Assembly (NCBI RefSeq): GCF_009914755.1
Contig: NC_060940.1
Reading direction: 5' to 3' (one strand)
Source: the human T2T-CHM13v2.0 reference genome, Homo sapiens
Length of the DNA stretch: 64,000 bases
Shown piece by piece: positions 29,208 through 44,284 of the stretch; the stretch's first letter is position 1, and each line of letters starts with the position of its first letter. The translations under genes were made by a program, and so were the position numbers. The notes beneath the pieces were generated by a model. That model was not told the DNA's origin, searched no databases, and was given only the letters and a program-made list of their open reading frames with translations.

Positions 29208-29800
29208 TGACATGCACTCTCTTTTCCAGTTTGATTAATTTACAGTGATCATGTTTGTTGCATGAAGATTAACTATACAGTAAAAGACAATGGAGAAATA
29301 CACACACATACTCCCACACAGCATTGAAGAGGACTCCAAAGACAGAAAACAGGGCATAAGGAAAATGAATAAATGAAAAACCTGATTTCTTGGCAAACAA
29401 CCTAATTGATGGGAGCTAAAGTAGTTGACTCTTATTTACTTCCACTTTATTCTTTAACATTACAAATAATAGACTCCCTGAATTGAAAGCAAAATTAAAT
29501 GTGATTTTATCAAACCTTTATTCTTCTTTTTGAAATCCTGCTTTTCTATGTCTTATCCATAGAATTTCCAAGTCTCTGCTTGAGCATTTTCAGTGGTAAA
29601 GAATTTACACTCTCATGAAAGAGATCATTTCACTGTTGGTAGGTTGAAATTGTAAGAAAGTTCTTTCTCAACAAGGATCTGAAATTATTCCTATAGTTTC
29701 ACCCAGTAGTCCTGTCTCTACTTAATGGTAGATTCCACATTCCAGATTTTTAAAAAAGTTTATTCTGCTTTCTTGTCTACTTTAATCTACACAGCAGTTC

Positions 29801-30259
29801 TTTTTTTTTTATACTTTAAGTTTTAGGGTACATGTGCACATTGTGCAGGTTAGTTACATATGTATGCATGTGCCACACTGGTGTGCTGCACCCACTAACT
29901 CGTCATCTAGCATTAGGTATATCTCCCAATGCCATCCCTCCCCCCTCCCCCCACCTCACAACAGTCCCCAAAGTGTGATGTTCCCCTTCCTGTGTCCATG
30001 TGTTCTCATTGTTCAATTCCCACCTATGAGTGAGAGTATGCAGTGTTTGGTTTTTTGTTCTTGCGATAGTTTACTGAGAATGATGATTTCCAGTTTCATC
30101 CATGTCCCTACAAAGGACGTGAACTCATCATTTTTTATGGCTGCATAGTATTCCATGGTGTATATGTGCCACATTTTCTTAATCCAGTCTATCATTGTTG
30201 GACATTTGGGTTGGTTCCGAGTCTTTGCTATTGTGAATAATGCCGCAATAAACATACGT
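29801..30259 (-). mobile_element. 5'-truncated L1PA2-like 3' end
   Basis: Near-identical to the young L1 3' UTR; 'cactaactcgtcatctagc' (GAG, not the Ta ACA); TSD tacaca(g/c)cagttctt (29788-29802, 30259-30273). Confidence 0.93.
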
Positions 30260-30448
30260 ACACACCAGTTCTTATAATTGTTGCATAGTTGGCTGCGTTG
30301 AGGAGACAACCATAGGTTAGAGTTCTTTTACGATCCTGGTCCTATCTCCTTATCATTTATTTCATTCATTCATCCAAGCAGGAGATGATGGCAGAGAGGA
30401 AACAGAGCAGAAGTCATTGTGCAAATCATGGAGGTCTTTGTAGGTCAT

Positions 30449-30871
30449 TGTATCAGTCCGTTCTTGCATGGCTATAACTAACTACCTGAGGATGGGTAAT
30501 TTATAAAAAATTTTTTAAAAAGGCTTAATTGGGTCACAGTTCTGCAGGCTGTACAGGAAACACAATGCTGGCATCTTCTGGGGAGGCCTCAGGAAGCTTC
30601 CAATCATGCACGAAGAGAAAGGAGGAATGAGGTATCTCACATGGTGAGAGCAGGAGCAAAAGAGAGCAAGAGGGGAAGTGCCACACACTTTCAAACAACC
30701 AGGTCTCATAAGAACTCACTCTCATGAGGATAGCACCAAGGGGATGGCACTAAACCATTCGCAAGAATTCACCCCCATGATCTAATCGCCTCCCGCCAGG
30801 CCCCACCTCCAACACTGGGGATTACTATTCACTGTGAGATTTGGGTGGGGTCACAGATCCAAACCATATCC
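30449..30871. mobile_element. MSTA/MSTB MaLR solo LTR, inserted in an L2 remnant
   Basis: tgtatcagtccgttcttgc ... ccaaaccatatc; 5-bp TSD (g/a)tcat. Confidence 0.88.
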
Positions 30872-33814
30872 ATCATTACGTGAACTTGGAATTTTTGCAG
30901 TGATACATACGGCCATTGGCAGATTTTGAGCAGAGGAAAGAGGGATTCATGTTTTAATGGATCCTTCTGGCCACTTTGTTGAGGGATAGACTGGAGAAGG
31001 AGGAAGGGGAGAAACAGAGAAACCAGGTAGAAGGCTTCTGCAATTACCCAGACCCAAGGGGATAGTGTCTTGGACTTCAGTGGAGGCAGGGTTGCTGTTG
31101 AGAGTGGTCAGATTGTGGTATATTGCCAGTTGCACAGCTGGAAATTTCAGATTCCCTGTGACGTGGGAATCTTTTATCCACAAGGTTGTCATGCATTTGG
31201 AATAAGAGAAATGAATTACCAACATGAGCTGCTGGGACACCATGGATCCGTACGAGGAGTATCAGTAGCTGCAGTAGCTCCTTCTAGTGCTGTGCCAGGC
31301 ACAGAACTCATACCATGTCATCCTATAATCTACCCCAATGGTAGTTAATATACCCCTATCACAGATGAGGAAACTGAGGCCAGGCTCAGAAGTAGGCTTC
31401 AAGTGGAATGTCTAGCAAGTGGCAGAGTGGGGACCTATGCCTACTTCCACGCTTGAGATGTTCTTCTGGGGCATGGAGAACAGTGGCAAGGATCCCCTCC
31501 TCTCCTCACCACAGCTGCTGTAAACAGAGTGGGTGAAACGAGCTTCAAGAAAAGCTTTTAGACTGAACTTGAGAAGAGTGCTGGCCTGGGACTGGAGCCA
31601 CCACATGTCACTTCACTCTGGGTGGAGAAAGGTGTAGCCGGCTCTCAGGCTCATGCAGATGTCATGAGCTTCCCCAAAGGGCCCCAAGAAAATTCTAGAA
31701 GGCAGAGTTGGATGGCACAGGCAGCTGGGTCTCTGAGATGCATCTTGCACACAGCCTCAGAGCATCCCTGATCAGGAAGTGCAAACAGGTTGCTAGGAAT
31801 ATTTTCCTCGATTTAAAAATCACCACCACACCATAAATGTGTAGTGTTCAAAGAAAACTTGCATGGTCCTGTTTGACATAACATTTATGTTTCTTCTTCA
31901 TGGTTAGGGTTGATAAGAATTACTTTCACTTTACAAAACAGAAGCCATGGGCTAAGGAGTATTACTTATCCATGCTGTTGCAGGAGGTCTCCTACTGAAC
32001 TGGGGTAGAACTTTCCAGCTCCCTTGGCTCTCTTACTGTGTCATGCTTCTGGGGAATGAGAGGCACAGAGAAGCCATCAGCAGGTGTTTACTGAGCACCT
32101 ACTATGTGCCAGATACTAGACTAGACAGACCAAGTCCCCGTCTTCCTGGAACTTACTGGTAGAGTGTTGGGACCAGAAAGGGGTTGCCCTGAGTTCTCGT
32201 CCTGGCTCTTGTGTGAATTAGTCCATGACTATTTGCTTACCCAACATCTCATAGCTTCAGTTTCCTCAACTGTAAAATGAGGGAAATAAGAGTGCCTCTG
32301 CCTTCCCCTTGAGGCTTGTTGAGTAGTTCCAATGAGTCAGCAAAAAATGAGAAACACGAAAAAGCTTTGTGACTTCTAATTCAGCATTTATGTGAATGTG
32401 GGCTATCATTCATTACTGGGAAAATGCATGACCAGCGGATAAACCACAATGACCCCATGTAAAGAGCATCATTGTTTCCTTGGTGCACCTACTAATTTTA
32501 CCAAAGGCAGCTGGCCTCACTCCCTGTGACTGCAAGAAGTTTTCATGTTCATTTTTGTGAGCTTGGGGATGAGGGTGGTTTCTCCTATTGACTCAGGAGT
32601 GTAACCACCAGAAGATTCATTACCCCAGCAGGAAAGAAAGGGGAGCCCTCTCAAGTCCAGTTGTGTGGACCCGGTGACAAATGTGGCAAACAGGCTGATG
32701 TAGATTCCTTGAATGTACCATTAGCTACTGCCATGTCACATTACACTTGTTTATGCAAGAACCATGCAGCAGATAAGAGTGTTTAAATGCCTTTATTACA
32801 TGGCATCATGGTATTGGTAGTAGTTGGTAATGATTTTTTTTTCCTCAGTGCAAAGCACACTCTTAATCTAAAAATATGAATTATGCTTAGTGGCTCGTTG
32901 GAAAGTATTTCCTTTGCGTTGGGGGGGAATCAATCTTTTCTATTACTTATTTTTCTTTCCTTTCTAGCAAGGTTAATATGCAGAACATTATCTGATGGAC
33001 TTTATTTTATAAGGTGAGAGGTTTCCCAGAAGTGCAGTACAAGGCTCATTACTCCAGTGCAGAATAAATTGTCCAAAGTAATTTGAAGGGGCATCGTTAA
33101 TAGCCCAGTCTTCTATGTACCTAAGCTGAGGTACCACCTTGCCGCTCAGGTTATTGAGAATTGTCCAGCATCTCAACGAACTCTGCTCCAGTTTCAAGAT
33201 GGACCCCATTAGGGCCAGGTCATGGTACAACATGGGAGAATCATAGGGCTTGGAATTTTGAGACCTGCGTTCTTGTCCTACCTGCTCCATCCACTGGCTA
33301 GATAGCCTTGGCTCTGAACCTACTTCCCCATTTGTGTGACAGAGATGACATGCAAGATGACTTCCTCAAGGGTCATATTCCCTGTTGCCTCTGAAATATA
33401 AAGCAGTGTCTATCTCTGGCGTGGTCCAGCCCTGCCACCTCTCTTCACCCCATCTCATTCCACTCTCCCATGCCCACTGAAGTGCCAATGATTCAAGTCC
33501 ACATGCTGAAAAATCTAACCTAGAGTCCCTCCTCCACTCCCTCCATCTCAAACTCAATTAAAAAAAGAAAAAACAGATCCATCCAGTGTGCCACAGTGAG
33601 ATACCAATCAGTAATCATGTACATAGCCCTTCCTCTTATCCCTGTCTTAGAGCCAATCCATGTCCCAGCCCTGCCGATGTCACCCCTCAATATGTCTGCA
33701 ATCTGTTGTTTTGTCTTTGGTTCCTCTGCTGTCGCCCTAACCAAGGATATGCCCCAATTTCTCTCTTGGACTCTTTCAACAGCCTCATACCTGGCATACC
33801 TGCACCTATTTAAA

Positions 33815-33825
<11 letters not shown>

Positions 33826-33868
<43 letters not shown>
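33826..33868. repeat. (TG)n microsatellite within a TA-rich quasi-palindrome
   Basis: Direct reading. Confidence 0.9.
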
Positions 33869-33870
<2 letters not shown>

Positions 33871-34006
33871 TTAAAATAAACCCCTATTTTATTTATATAT
33901 ATAATATATAAATATATTTTATTTATATATAAAACATAGGGGTTTTATTTATATAAATAAATAAATATATATATATATGTATATATATACACACACACAT
34001 ATATGA

Positions 34007-34323
<317 letters not shown>

Positions 34324-34967
34324 CCCTATTTGACATATTTTTAACGGTGTAGGCAAAATGATCTTTTTTCCAAACACTGCAATCGTGTCATCCCCTTCAA
34401 AGCCTTCTGTGGCTCCCCGTTGCCCCAAAGCAACATCTAACTCTGATGTGGTCCAGCCCTGCTGCCTCTCTGATGTGGTTCAGCCCTGCTGCCTCTCTTC
34501 ACTCTGTCTCATTCCACTCTCCCACGCCCACTGTAGTCCACCCTGGTCTCCCTGAACGTGCCACGTGCTCTCTCCCTGATCTCAGGGTCTTTGTTCATAC
34601 TGTTCTCTCTGTCTGAGTTGCTTTTCCCTGTACCTCACATCTAAGTCCAGATGACTGTTGCTCAGCCTCCAGCTTCAGCTCAGCTGTCTCTTCCTCTGAT
34701 AAATCTTTGCTGTGTCCCTAGGAGAGGCCAAGCCACTCTGTTACTCCCTCTCTCCGTGTTCACTAGAGTTGTCCTTCTGCATTTCCTGCTGTCTCTGGTT
34801 GGCTGTCTGTCTCCCTCATTGTATTGCAGACTCCGCTGTGTGAAGAGAGGAATTGTGTGGCTAACACCAGGCCTGGTACATAGTAGCCACTCAGTATGGG
34901 GAATGAATGTCTTACTTTTTTAATTCTTCAATTTAAAAAGCTATTGAGAGTTTGTCCATGATCCCCA

Positions 34968-35137
34968 AGGATACATTTGACAATGTCTGGAGGGTTGTCA
35001 TGACTCAGGGATGCTAGTGGCGTCTCGCAGGTCAAGGCCAGGAGTGCCGCTTCATATCCTGTAGTGCAAAGGGCAGCACCCGTCACAAAGAATGATTTGG
35101 TTCCAAATGTCACCAGTGGCAAGGTGGAGATGCCCTG
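34968..35137. mobile_element. MER20 (hAT-Charlie) fragment
   Basis: 'acatttgacaatgtctggag...gttgtcatgact...gatgctagtggc...ggccagg...aagaatgatttggttccaaatgtcaccagtggcaaggtggaga'. Confidence 0.78.
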
Positions 35138-35345
35138 CTCTAGAAACTGCCAAAGAAGCTGTTGCCAAATAAAAACTATAGGGAACAATGCAACAAATGA
35201 CTCTTGATCTAAATTCCATTTCATTGGTTGTTTCATTCTGGGGCAATTTCGCTACATATGTTTCTTCATATTGGAGCTTATAATAATGCTTATGTCATAG
35301 TAATTCTGAAGGAGTTGTCTTTTTTAAAAAAACGTACTCTCTCTA

Positions 35346-35465
35346 GAGGCTGGAGAGGGAGGATCGCTTGAGCCTGAGAGTTCAAGGCTGAAGTGAGTTA
35401 TGACGGTACTAGTGCCTCAAGGCTGGGTGACAGAGTGAGACCCTGAATCTAATTAAAAAAAAAAA
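35346..35465 (+). mobile_element. Alu right-arm fragment (AluJ/FRAM-like)
   Basis: 'ggaggatcgcttgagcctgagagttcaaggctg...gacagagtgagaccctg' plus poly(A). Confidence 0.75.
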
Positions 35466-36124
35466 TTATACAATGAATAATGACCCAAGTACTGTGTTGT
35501 CTTCATGCCATGGACACCTTAATGCTTTCTTCAAAGCAGTATGAGGTTGTTAATCTGAGAATGAATCTGTTAGCCTTCCCTGAACTCATAAAGTTTGCTT
35601 CCTCTTTGAAAGAACTTAGTGCCTTTTAATGCCTATGCAGCCATGATGTGCCAAGTAATATGTTCCATGTGTAATCCCAGTTTTCTGATAGTAAAAAGAA
35701 AAGTTGGAAACCTTTGGCCAACTTTGGTGCCTGTGGCTGGGAGACCTTGCAGAGGTTTTCAAGGTCTGCTGTGAATGTATGATTTAGACCACAGCTCAGT
35801 TGTGACATTTAATCCATAGAGATAAATCATCACCTGCCATTGGTAGGGCTCTTTATGGATAAACAGGCCTAAAATAGTTACCTGTAAAACTCCATCAGAG
35901 TCTCCATCAGAAATCACCACCATTTTTTTTTAATGTAGGAGACTGGGATGGTGAAACTCTTTCTTGATTTTGGTGCTTGAGAACAAATTAAATCAAAGTC
36001 AAAACAACTAACTTTCCCTTGGCTGTCCTTGAGGCATGCTTGGTACTGTTTTGTTTGGGTTTTTTTTTCCCAGTAGTAGGCTGGAGTTCTTATGGATTTG
36101 ATTCTGACATCAGCCTCCCAGGAG

Positions 36125-36330
36125 AGGCCATGGTGTATAATGGTTAAAAGCACAGAGTCCAGAAGGTGACTCTCATTTATCAGCTGTGTGACCTTGGGTG
36201 AGTTACTTGACCTCTCTGTGTCTCAGTTTCCTTCTTTGTTAGATCGGATAATGATAGTCCTTACCTCATAGAAATATTATAAATATGAAATGAATTAATA
36301 TCCATAAAGCGTTTAGAACAGGGAACGTAC
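36125..36330. mobile_element. MIR
   Basis: 'gctgtgtgaccttgggtgagttacttgacctctctgtgtctcagtttcc'. Confidence 0.8.
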
Positions 36331-36372
36331 TCAGCTTAATAATGTACATATTCGATTAATAAGATAAAGGCT

Positions 36373-36825
<453 letters not shown>

Positions 36826-37358
36826 TTAGGAGAAAAAGCAAATAAAGATTATTTGTTCCATGTCACTCCAAGATGGCCAGTTATCGCCCAACTCTCTTCC
36901 TTCTGCTTCCTCAAGATCTCTTCCATCTGCTTCCCTCCATCCATCCTCCTGGCCACTCCCATGTGCATGCTTCTATCCTCTCTGCTTCAGCCACCCACCC
37001 CTCACCGGTCTCCCTACTCTCCCCTGTGCTAGAGTGGACTCTAAAGCACACACCTGATGATGCCACTGTCCTGCTCAAAACCCCTTTCATGACTTAAGAA
37101 GCAGTGTGCATCGAAATCGCAGACCCTAGATTCCTTTATCAAACTGCCTACAGGAGAGCCTGAGGGACTTGTCTGCAAAGCTATTCTGGAGTCAGATGAA
37201 ACTGGAATATTTGGTCTTTGGTATTCACCATGCTCCATCACCCCAACTGCAGGAATCATTTGCAGCTCATGGACATTTTGGATCACAGGGTGGAAGGGAA
37301 CTGAAGCTCCCCATTGTTGCCTAAACCTAATGGCACCAGGTGTATATTGCTGACTTAC

Positions 37359-37429
37359 CTTCCTGTAGGTTGATTTAGGAATTGAAGTATGTTAAAGGAA
37401 TACATTTGAGATGGCACAGACAATAGCAC
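37359..37429 (-). CDS. Candidate exon C of the putative spliced ORF (VLLSVPSQMYSFNILQFLNQPTG(R))
   Basis: Acceptor gggccctgccctag|, donor AAG|GTAAGT, 71 nt, open in phase 0 to 2. Confidence 0.4.
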
Positions 37430-38009
37430 CTAGGGCAGGGCCCGGTCACAGTTGTCTCTTCATAACATTCTAAGTCGAGGTATGTTTATTCATTGACCAA
37501 CTCCCTGGAGTCTTCATTTCTAGTACAGCTGCTAAATTCAGTCATTCATTAGTCATGTTTTAAGGACAATGGATAGGAGACATTATTTAAAAAGCAATAA
37601 TACAAAATACCAAGAGCTATTCAGCTCTTTTATACTAGAGCCTGTATATAGTACGTTCTTTCCCACAAATCCCTGTTTTTAAATATTTTCTCCATTTCAC
37701 AATTATAATCCCCCAAATGACAGAATGGTTGTCTGACAATATTTCTTCTGATGTTGAACATATTTTGTACGTTTGAGACTGTGCCAGAAAGTCTATGCAG
37801 CAGTGACATTGAAAGAACAGAACAATCTAAACTGCAGATATTCACAGAGGGCTGAAAACCTACAATAACTATTGGGAATGTTAATCATTTCAAATGGAGG
37901 AATTATTAGAGGCAGCACATTTATCATGCATATCCTCATCACTAGCTTAGAGCACCTGACATAGTTTTTAAAGGAAAGGGAGAAAAAAAAGAAACACTAT
38001 AATAATGAG

Positions 38010-38200
38010 AAAATATGCAAGATTTGAAGTCAGGAAAATGTGGGTTTAAACTGCAGCTTCTTCCAATAGCTATGTGATCTTGGAAAGTTACTTCTCCAGT
38101 CTGAACCTCCATTTCTTCAACTTTAAAATCAGAGTAATAATAGTAATACCTATATTCTAATGTTTTATTGGAAAGAACGGTGTCTGGCACATAGCAATTA
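38010..38200. mobile_element. MIR
   Basis: 'gctatgtgatcttggaaagttactt...ctgaacctccatttcttcaactttaaaat...gtgtctggcacatag'. Confidence 0.7.
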
Positions 38201-38274
38201 ACCCAAGCAATTTACATAGCAATTACTCGTGAAAAAGAAGCTATTAATACTATTTATTGTTATTTTCCCACTGC

Positions 38275-38808
38275 TGTTGCCCTTCAGCCAAAGAGCACCA
38301 GGAACCCATCCGTAATTAAGAAGTTGGGTTGATTGCTCATTGCAATGGGAGAGAATATACTATAGGGAACTATGGGATGTCTTAGTAAAAGTGTGTTAGA
38401 AAAGACATATAATTTGGGCTTGCATTATTAGCTGCTTTGGCGGAAGGGTCACAAAACTGAACCATTTCTCTGAATTGGTTGCTATTCGGAAGCATGGGTA
38501 GTTCTATGACCAGTGCTAAATCTCATCTTTAGGTAGGACAGCCTAGGGTGAGGCTACAGCCGTAATTGGCAAAGAAGCAGCTATTGTTTTAGCCAGGAAA
38601 GGCGATGGCTTCGGCAATGTTCAGGTCTGTCTGTGTTCATGCATAATTACGGAATGGCCTTCTTTATGGTCTGATTGACTGTGGTCATAGAGTGGCCTTA
38701 TCTGATGTTGGTATTCTCTGAAATCATGTTTGACAGGAGAACACCAACATCTAATTAATGTCCCAGGCCAGCTCCTGGAGGTCAGTGGCTACTTTTCTTT
38801 TCCCCATC
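38275..38808. mobile_element. LTR-like element, family uncertain
   Basis: TG...CA bounded, ERV-LTR-like composition; no firm consensus match. Confidence 0.35.
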
Positions 38809-39476
38809 ATATTTATTCATATATTTAGTGAGTAGAGTACTGTCAATCCTTCGTGTCCTTTCTCTAACAAAGTCCAAATTCTATGTAAAAAATTCTATGT
38901 AGGTCAACAAAACTTAGTAACTTGGGTGTCAAATGTAAAGAAGAAAAGATAGGCTCAAAGGAGAGAGTAGGGCTGATGTGGTAGAGGGTGGACCCACGGT
39001 GTCTGTGCAGGCCAGGGTAGGGAGGCTGGCTTTCATTTTAAATGACATCTGAAAAGTTTGTCATTTTAAAAAGTTTGCTTGGTCCCAGTAAGGATGGAGA
39101 ATGGCTTGTTGGGGATGGAGAAAAAGGGAAAGGAGGTTCAAAAAGTGAAGTAAAGCTTTTATCATTTAAATGTGGCAGCATTAGATGTGGGTCACAGAGT
39201 TGTAGACAGGCTTAGGACACGGAAAGGAGTTTGGTTATTCATCTGGCCCAGTTGCCTCCTTTACATGTAGGAAAATCAGCACTGACCAGGACAGATGAAG
39301 TGGCTTGTCCACACCCAAATATTTAGTTAGTGCAGAGTGGAGAGCTCCAAGTGGGGGCCAGAGCCCAGAAGACTCCTTCAGCCTTGTGCCCCCAACACTG
39401 TGGAATGGGAACTGAATCAGTCGTGGGGAGGAGGGGTCTCTGCAAACGTGGCAGGTCACAGAAGATGGACAGCAAG

Positions 39477-39778
<302 letters not shown>

Positions 39779-40559
39779 GCGGGGGAGGGAGATTAATCCT
39801 GGTGCCCTTCTAGAACTACCACCTGGCCTTTCTTAATTGTCCACTTGGAGTGTTTGCCAAGCGAAGAAAAGATGAACCCATGACTGTGACCTACCTGGAG
39901 GGTAGACATTCTGGAGAGCTTCCCCTCCAACAATGTCCCAAATCTGTGTTCATCCCTGAACACAACCACTGCAGTTCTAGGAAACCAACTTTCTAATATA
40001 TTTAAGGATGCTTGTCAAGATTTTATTATCTGTTCTTTCATCAGAGAGATGTTTACAACAGCAGAAAAATTTAAAAATAAAAATGAAATGTTTTGAATAA
40101 GAAAATAATTAAATTATGGCACAGCCAGGGTCAGTAGTCATCTGGTCGACTGTGGATGGATCTTCCAGAGACTCCTCTCGCCTGTCATTTGTTGGCACTC
40201 AATCTCTACCTGTTGTTCAATACTTTGAGTACCACTCTGGTAATGAAATAATAAGAGTGATGGAATACTGTATATCCATTTGAAAGATGACAATTCAATT
40301 ACTTGGGAAAAACACAATACATTTACAATTGGCAAAATACAAGCTCTAGAACATCAGCTTAATCTATATCTATGTTAAATGTATGTAAAACTTATGTTCC
40401 TACCAAATATTAACAGTGACTTTCCCCGATTGGTAGAATTAGGGATGGTTTTAATTTTCCCAATTTTTGGTCAATGATATTTTCTTAATGTTTAAAAAGG
40501 AACATTAACAGTTTTTATGATAAATGAGGAAAGTTTCTTTACAACATTTTTTTGCATGC

Positions 40560-40720
40560 CATTCCTTAGAGTTGGGCAGCTTTTGCAAGCTGTGAGAAGC
40601 CCAGCTCCTGCTTTTCCTGATACGGTTTATGACTCACAGCTGCCACCAAGATGTCAGTTAGCTCTGTGACAGTGAAATGACTTCATTTCCCTGAACCCGG
40701 ATAGAAACGGTGTCTGGGAA
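40560..40720. promoter_or_regulatory. Candidate enhancer (AP-1 TGACTCA, E-box CAGCTG, TGACAG)
   Basis: 'tttatgactcacagctgcc...tgtcagtt...gtgacagtgaaatgacttca' motif cluster in non-repeat DNA. Confidence 0.3.
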
Positions 40721-42564
40721 GAGAGAGAGTACCTGGTGGAGCCCTATGAGTAAATGTGATGATGATTCAGCTCTGGACCCTATACTCTACTCCAAAAAGA
40801 AATGTTTCAGGGCATCAGAGGGCATGAATTCATGAATGTGTATACGAGGCTTTGTTCAGGATATTTTTAAATATAGAAGTTCATTGATACAACATCCCTA
40901 TGAGGTAGGGATTATTAAGAGGGCTTTATCTATAAGGAGGCTGGGATTGAGAGGGTTTGAATGATTTGGCCCAGGTCACACCATAAGAGCTGGGAGCGAG
41001 ATGACAGAGTCTTTTTTGTCCACAAGCAAAATAGCCATGCCTGTACTTGCAGTCGGACCGGAGGAACACACAGGCCAACTCTGACGCAAAGCATGGTTAT
41101 CACCATGCTCCTCCAATGCCACCTGCGTCTTAGCTCTGGGTTTATTATTCACTGAGTGCCTTAATGGGCACCTATCGTTTATTTTCCCTGGGCCTCAGTT
41201 ACCTCATCCGTAAAATGAGACAAGAAGGTATTTGAGGTAGATGAACTTCAGGATCCCATCAGCCTTGACGAGTGCAGGATTCTATGTGAATCTAGATGAG
41301 ATTTATCCAAGGACCTCCACATCCTGCCTCCCACCTCCATGAGCAGCTATTCCAAAGCTACCAGTCTGGTGATTCAGCCAAAGACCCATCATTAAAGAGC
41401 ACAAAGACATCCTTGGCCAGTATCTTTCTGGATGCTGATGCTTTTCTCCTGAATTGCATGTCACCTTGGAGAACTCAGTGATGGATGAGAGAGATCCAGC
41501 TTTGACCTGGAAAACTTTCACATTGCAAGTTTTTTTTTCTTTTTCTTTATAGATTTATAGTCAATACTTCAGCCTTTCTATGACAAGAAGCTTATATTTT
41601 TCTGGACTAGATGTAACAAACGACTTTCCAAGTGATCAGTGACATCCCAAGTTAGGGCTGCATTTTGAAATTGTTCTTTAGAATCTCTAACTTCATTGGG
41701 AACAGTGATATCAGAATGTTACCTTAATACTCTGCCAGAAAGGCATGGAGAAGATGTAAAATGTTTATAAATGAACATCCAGTGATGTGCACTTGGTAAT
41801 TTCATTCAAAGATGTAAAGGAAGAGATACTATAAGGGACATTTCTGTTATTTTGTCAAATGCTATTATTTACTGAAAAATAAAATTTCACCCTACATGCT
41901 TGACCTTCAGGGACTTATTTTAAGATCATATGGCTTTTCCTAAACAGCTGAATTATTTAGTGAGATTGAACTCTCAAAGACTTTAAAATAAAGCCCACCA
42001 AAATACCAGCCACTCTGCAGTGCTACAGCTGTTCAGACCTCAATCTGCATATTTCATCTCAGCAGACTGAAGTTTGCAACTGAAAAATTGCTCAGAAAAT
42101 ACTTATCACCTTCCATGCCAAACGCAGAAAGGAATTTATTTGAAGCTGAGAATGTGATAGGGTGGGTGACTTACTCCCACAGTGATGCTTAGAATGGTGG
42201 ATGGAGTTCTAGCTGCGTTTTTGCTGCTTCACCCCTGGGGAGGCCACGCCTCTGAGAAAGAGGCTGGGAGGCCCTTCCGCAACAGGTGTTCAGGTATGAG
42301 TGAAAGAATCTAAGGAGTGAGCTTGGAGCACTGCACCCACAGACAGGACCATCATTAGGAGCACATTCTCAGTGCGTGTTGAATGTTACGAAAAGGTTTG
42401 ATTTATACATTTTTGACCTAAATAGAATTTAATCAAAATGTCTAGAGAATTTTTACGGGTTACTAGCCCCTCACTTTTTCTGAAGTACTAAAAGCAGAAT
42501 CAGGAATTCAAGATTATCATGTTGAGTACAAAGCACTCTAGTCTTCCTAAAGGAATCAGTGTCA

Positions 42565-42905
<341 letters not shown>

Positions 42906-42930
42906 ATCAATGGTACCTCCTATAGAGTCA

Positions 42931-43210
42931 GGTGATGGTGTTGATTATGATGATGATGGCAAAGACGGTGGTGAAGGTGATGGCGATGATCATGGTGATG
43001 ATGATGGGCTTATGATGACTGTGATGATCATCATGGCAAAGATGACAATAGTGAGGTTGATGATGGTGAAGATACCAATAGCAACAATGAAGATGTGGCT
43101 GCTGATGTGACAAAGATGATGATGGTGATGGTGATGATGGCAACAGTGATGACAATGATGATGATGATAATGATGACCATAGTAATGATGATGATGATGA
43201 CGATGATGGT
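42931..43210. repeat. Degenerate (GAT)n low-complexity repeat
   Basis: gatgatgatggc... tract; source of the D-rich and H-rich ORF-track entries. Confidence 0.9.
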
Positions 43211-44284
43211 AGAGGCTTACATTGATTGAACCCTTGCTAGGTAACAGATATGTTAAGCACTTAAGCCCTGAGTGTTCATTATCTTATTTAATCTTCAGCA
43301 CCATCACATGAAGTACATGCTGTGATTTTCCCATTTTAAAGATATTGAAACTGAAGTTTAAACTCGGTAAGGAACTTGCTCAAGGACAATACTTCTTAAA
43401 TTTTGCTATACATTAGAATCACCTGGAAAGATTTTTTAAAATCTTGACCCAGAGGTTGAGTAATGTGCTCAAGGGCACCCACCTGATGAGTGGCAGAACC
43501 AGGCTTTACAACCCAGTCACTGAGCACCAGAACCATGTCCTCTCTTGTGAAGAGCCAGTCATAGTGCCCAAGGAATTTTCAGGGCCATCATTGCTCATGT
43601 CCCTCCGGTGATGCTGTTTTTAATAATAGTAACTGGCGAGCTGGAGTATAATGTTTTGGGTAGCATGGCAGATCTTTGTGGGGCAGTGTGCTGAAACCAG
43701 CTTAAATCTCTGACTGCCGAGTTAATTTATTTCATTCATAATATTCTGTTCGAAATGAAAATATTCTCATGGTTGGTTTTGCCTGAAGGTATAAAATTCC
43801 AACCAGTATTAGCTGCTTTTAAAGTGTCTGTAGCAGTTAGAAGCCTGAGTCCCTAGAGATGGAGATAGAAGTCCATGGTGCAAGCAGTTCCCCAAATCAG
43901 CAAATCAGCAAATCAGCGCTTTCCTCTGATGAAGAGGGAGTTCACGGAAGACTCCAAAAATGGACCAAAATGCCTCTGTTCCCACGTTGCAGGTAGGAAA
44001 TTAAAGCTCTTAAGAAACGATGGCATTGTTTATCCATATTCAGAAACCACAGGGCTGGGATTTTTTTCAAATGAGGCCATGCTAGTTAATTAAGACTTTG
44101 CCTTTCAGGGATTATTTATATTCTTAATTTTTGATATTTTTCATGGCAGTGGAGTCTGAATAAACTCACAGGTGTGACCTCCTTCCATGCCAGCTACTAC
44201 TCTCTCATTTAATCCTCATACAACACTGACATTTGAGTAATAGTTTTCCCATTTTGCAGCTGAGGAAACTGAGGCTGCGAGAGT

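Noticed and set aside
42910-43155. D/M-rich and H-rich ORFs
   Set aside because: Artefacts of the (GAT)n low-complexity repeat.
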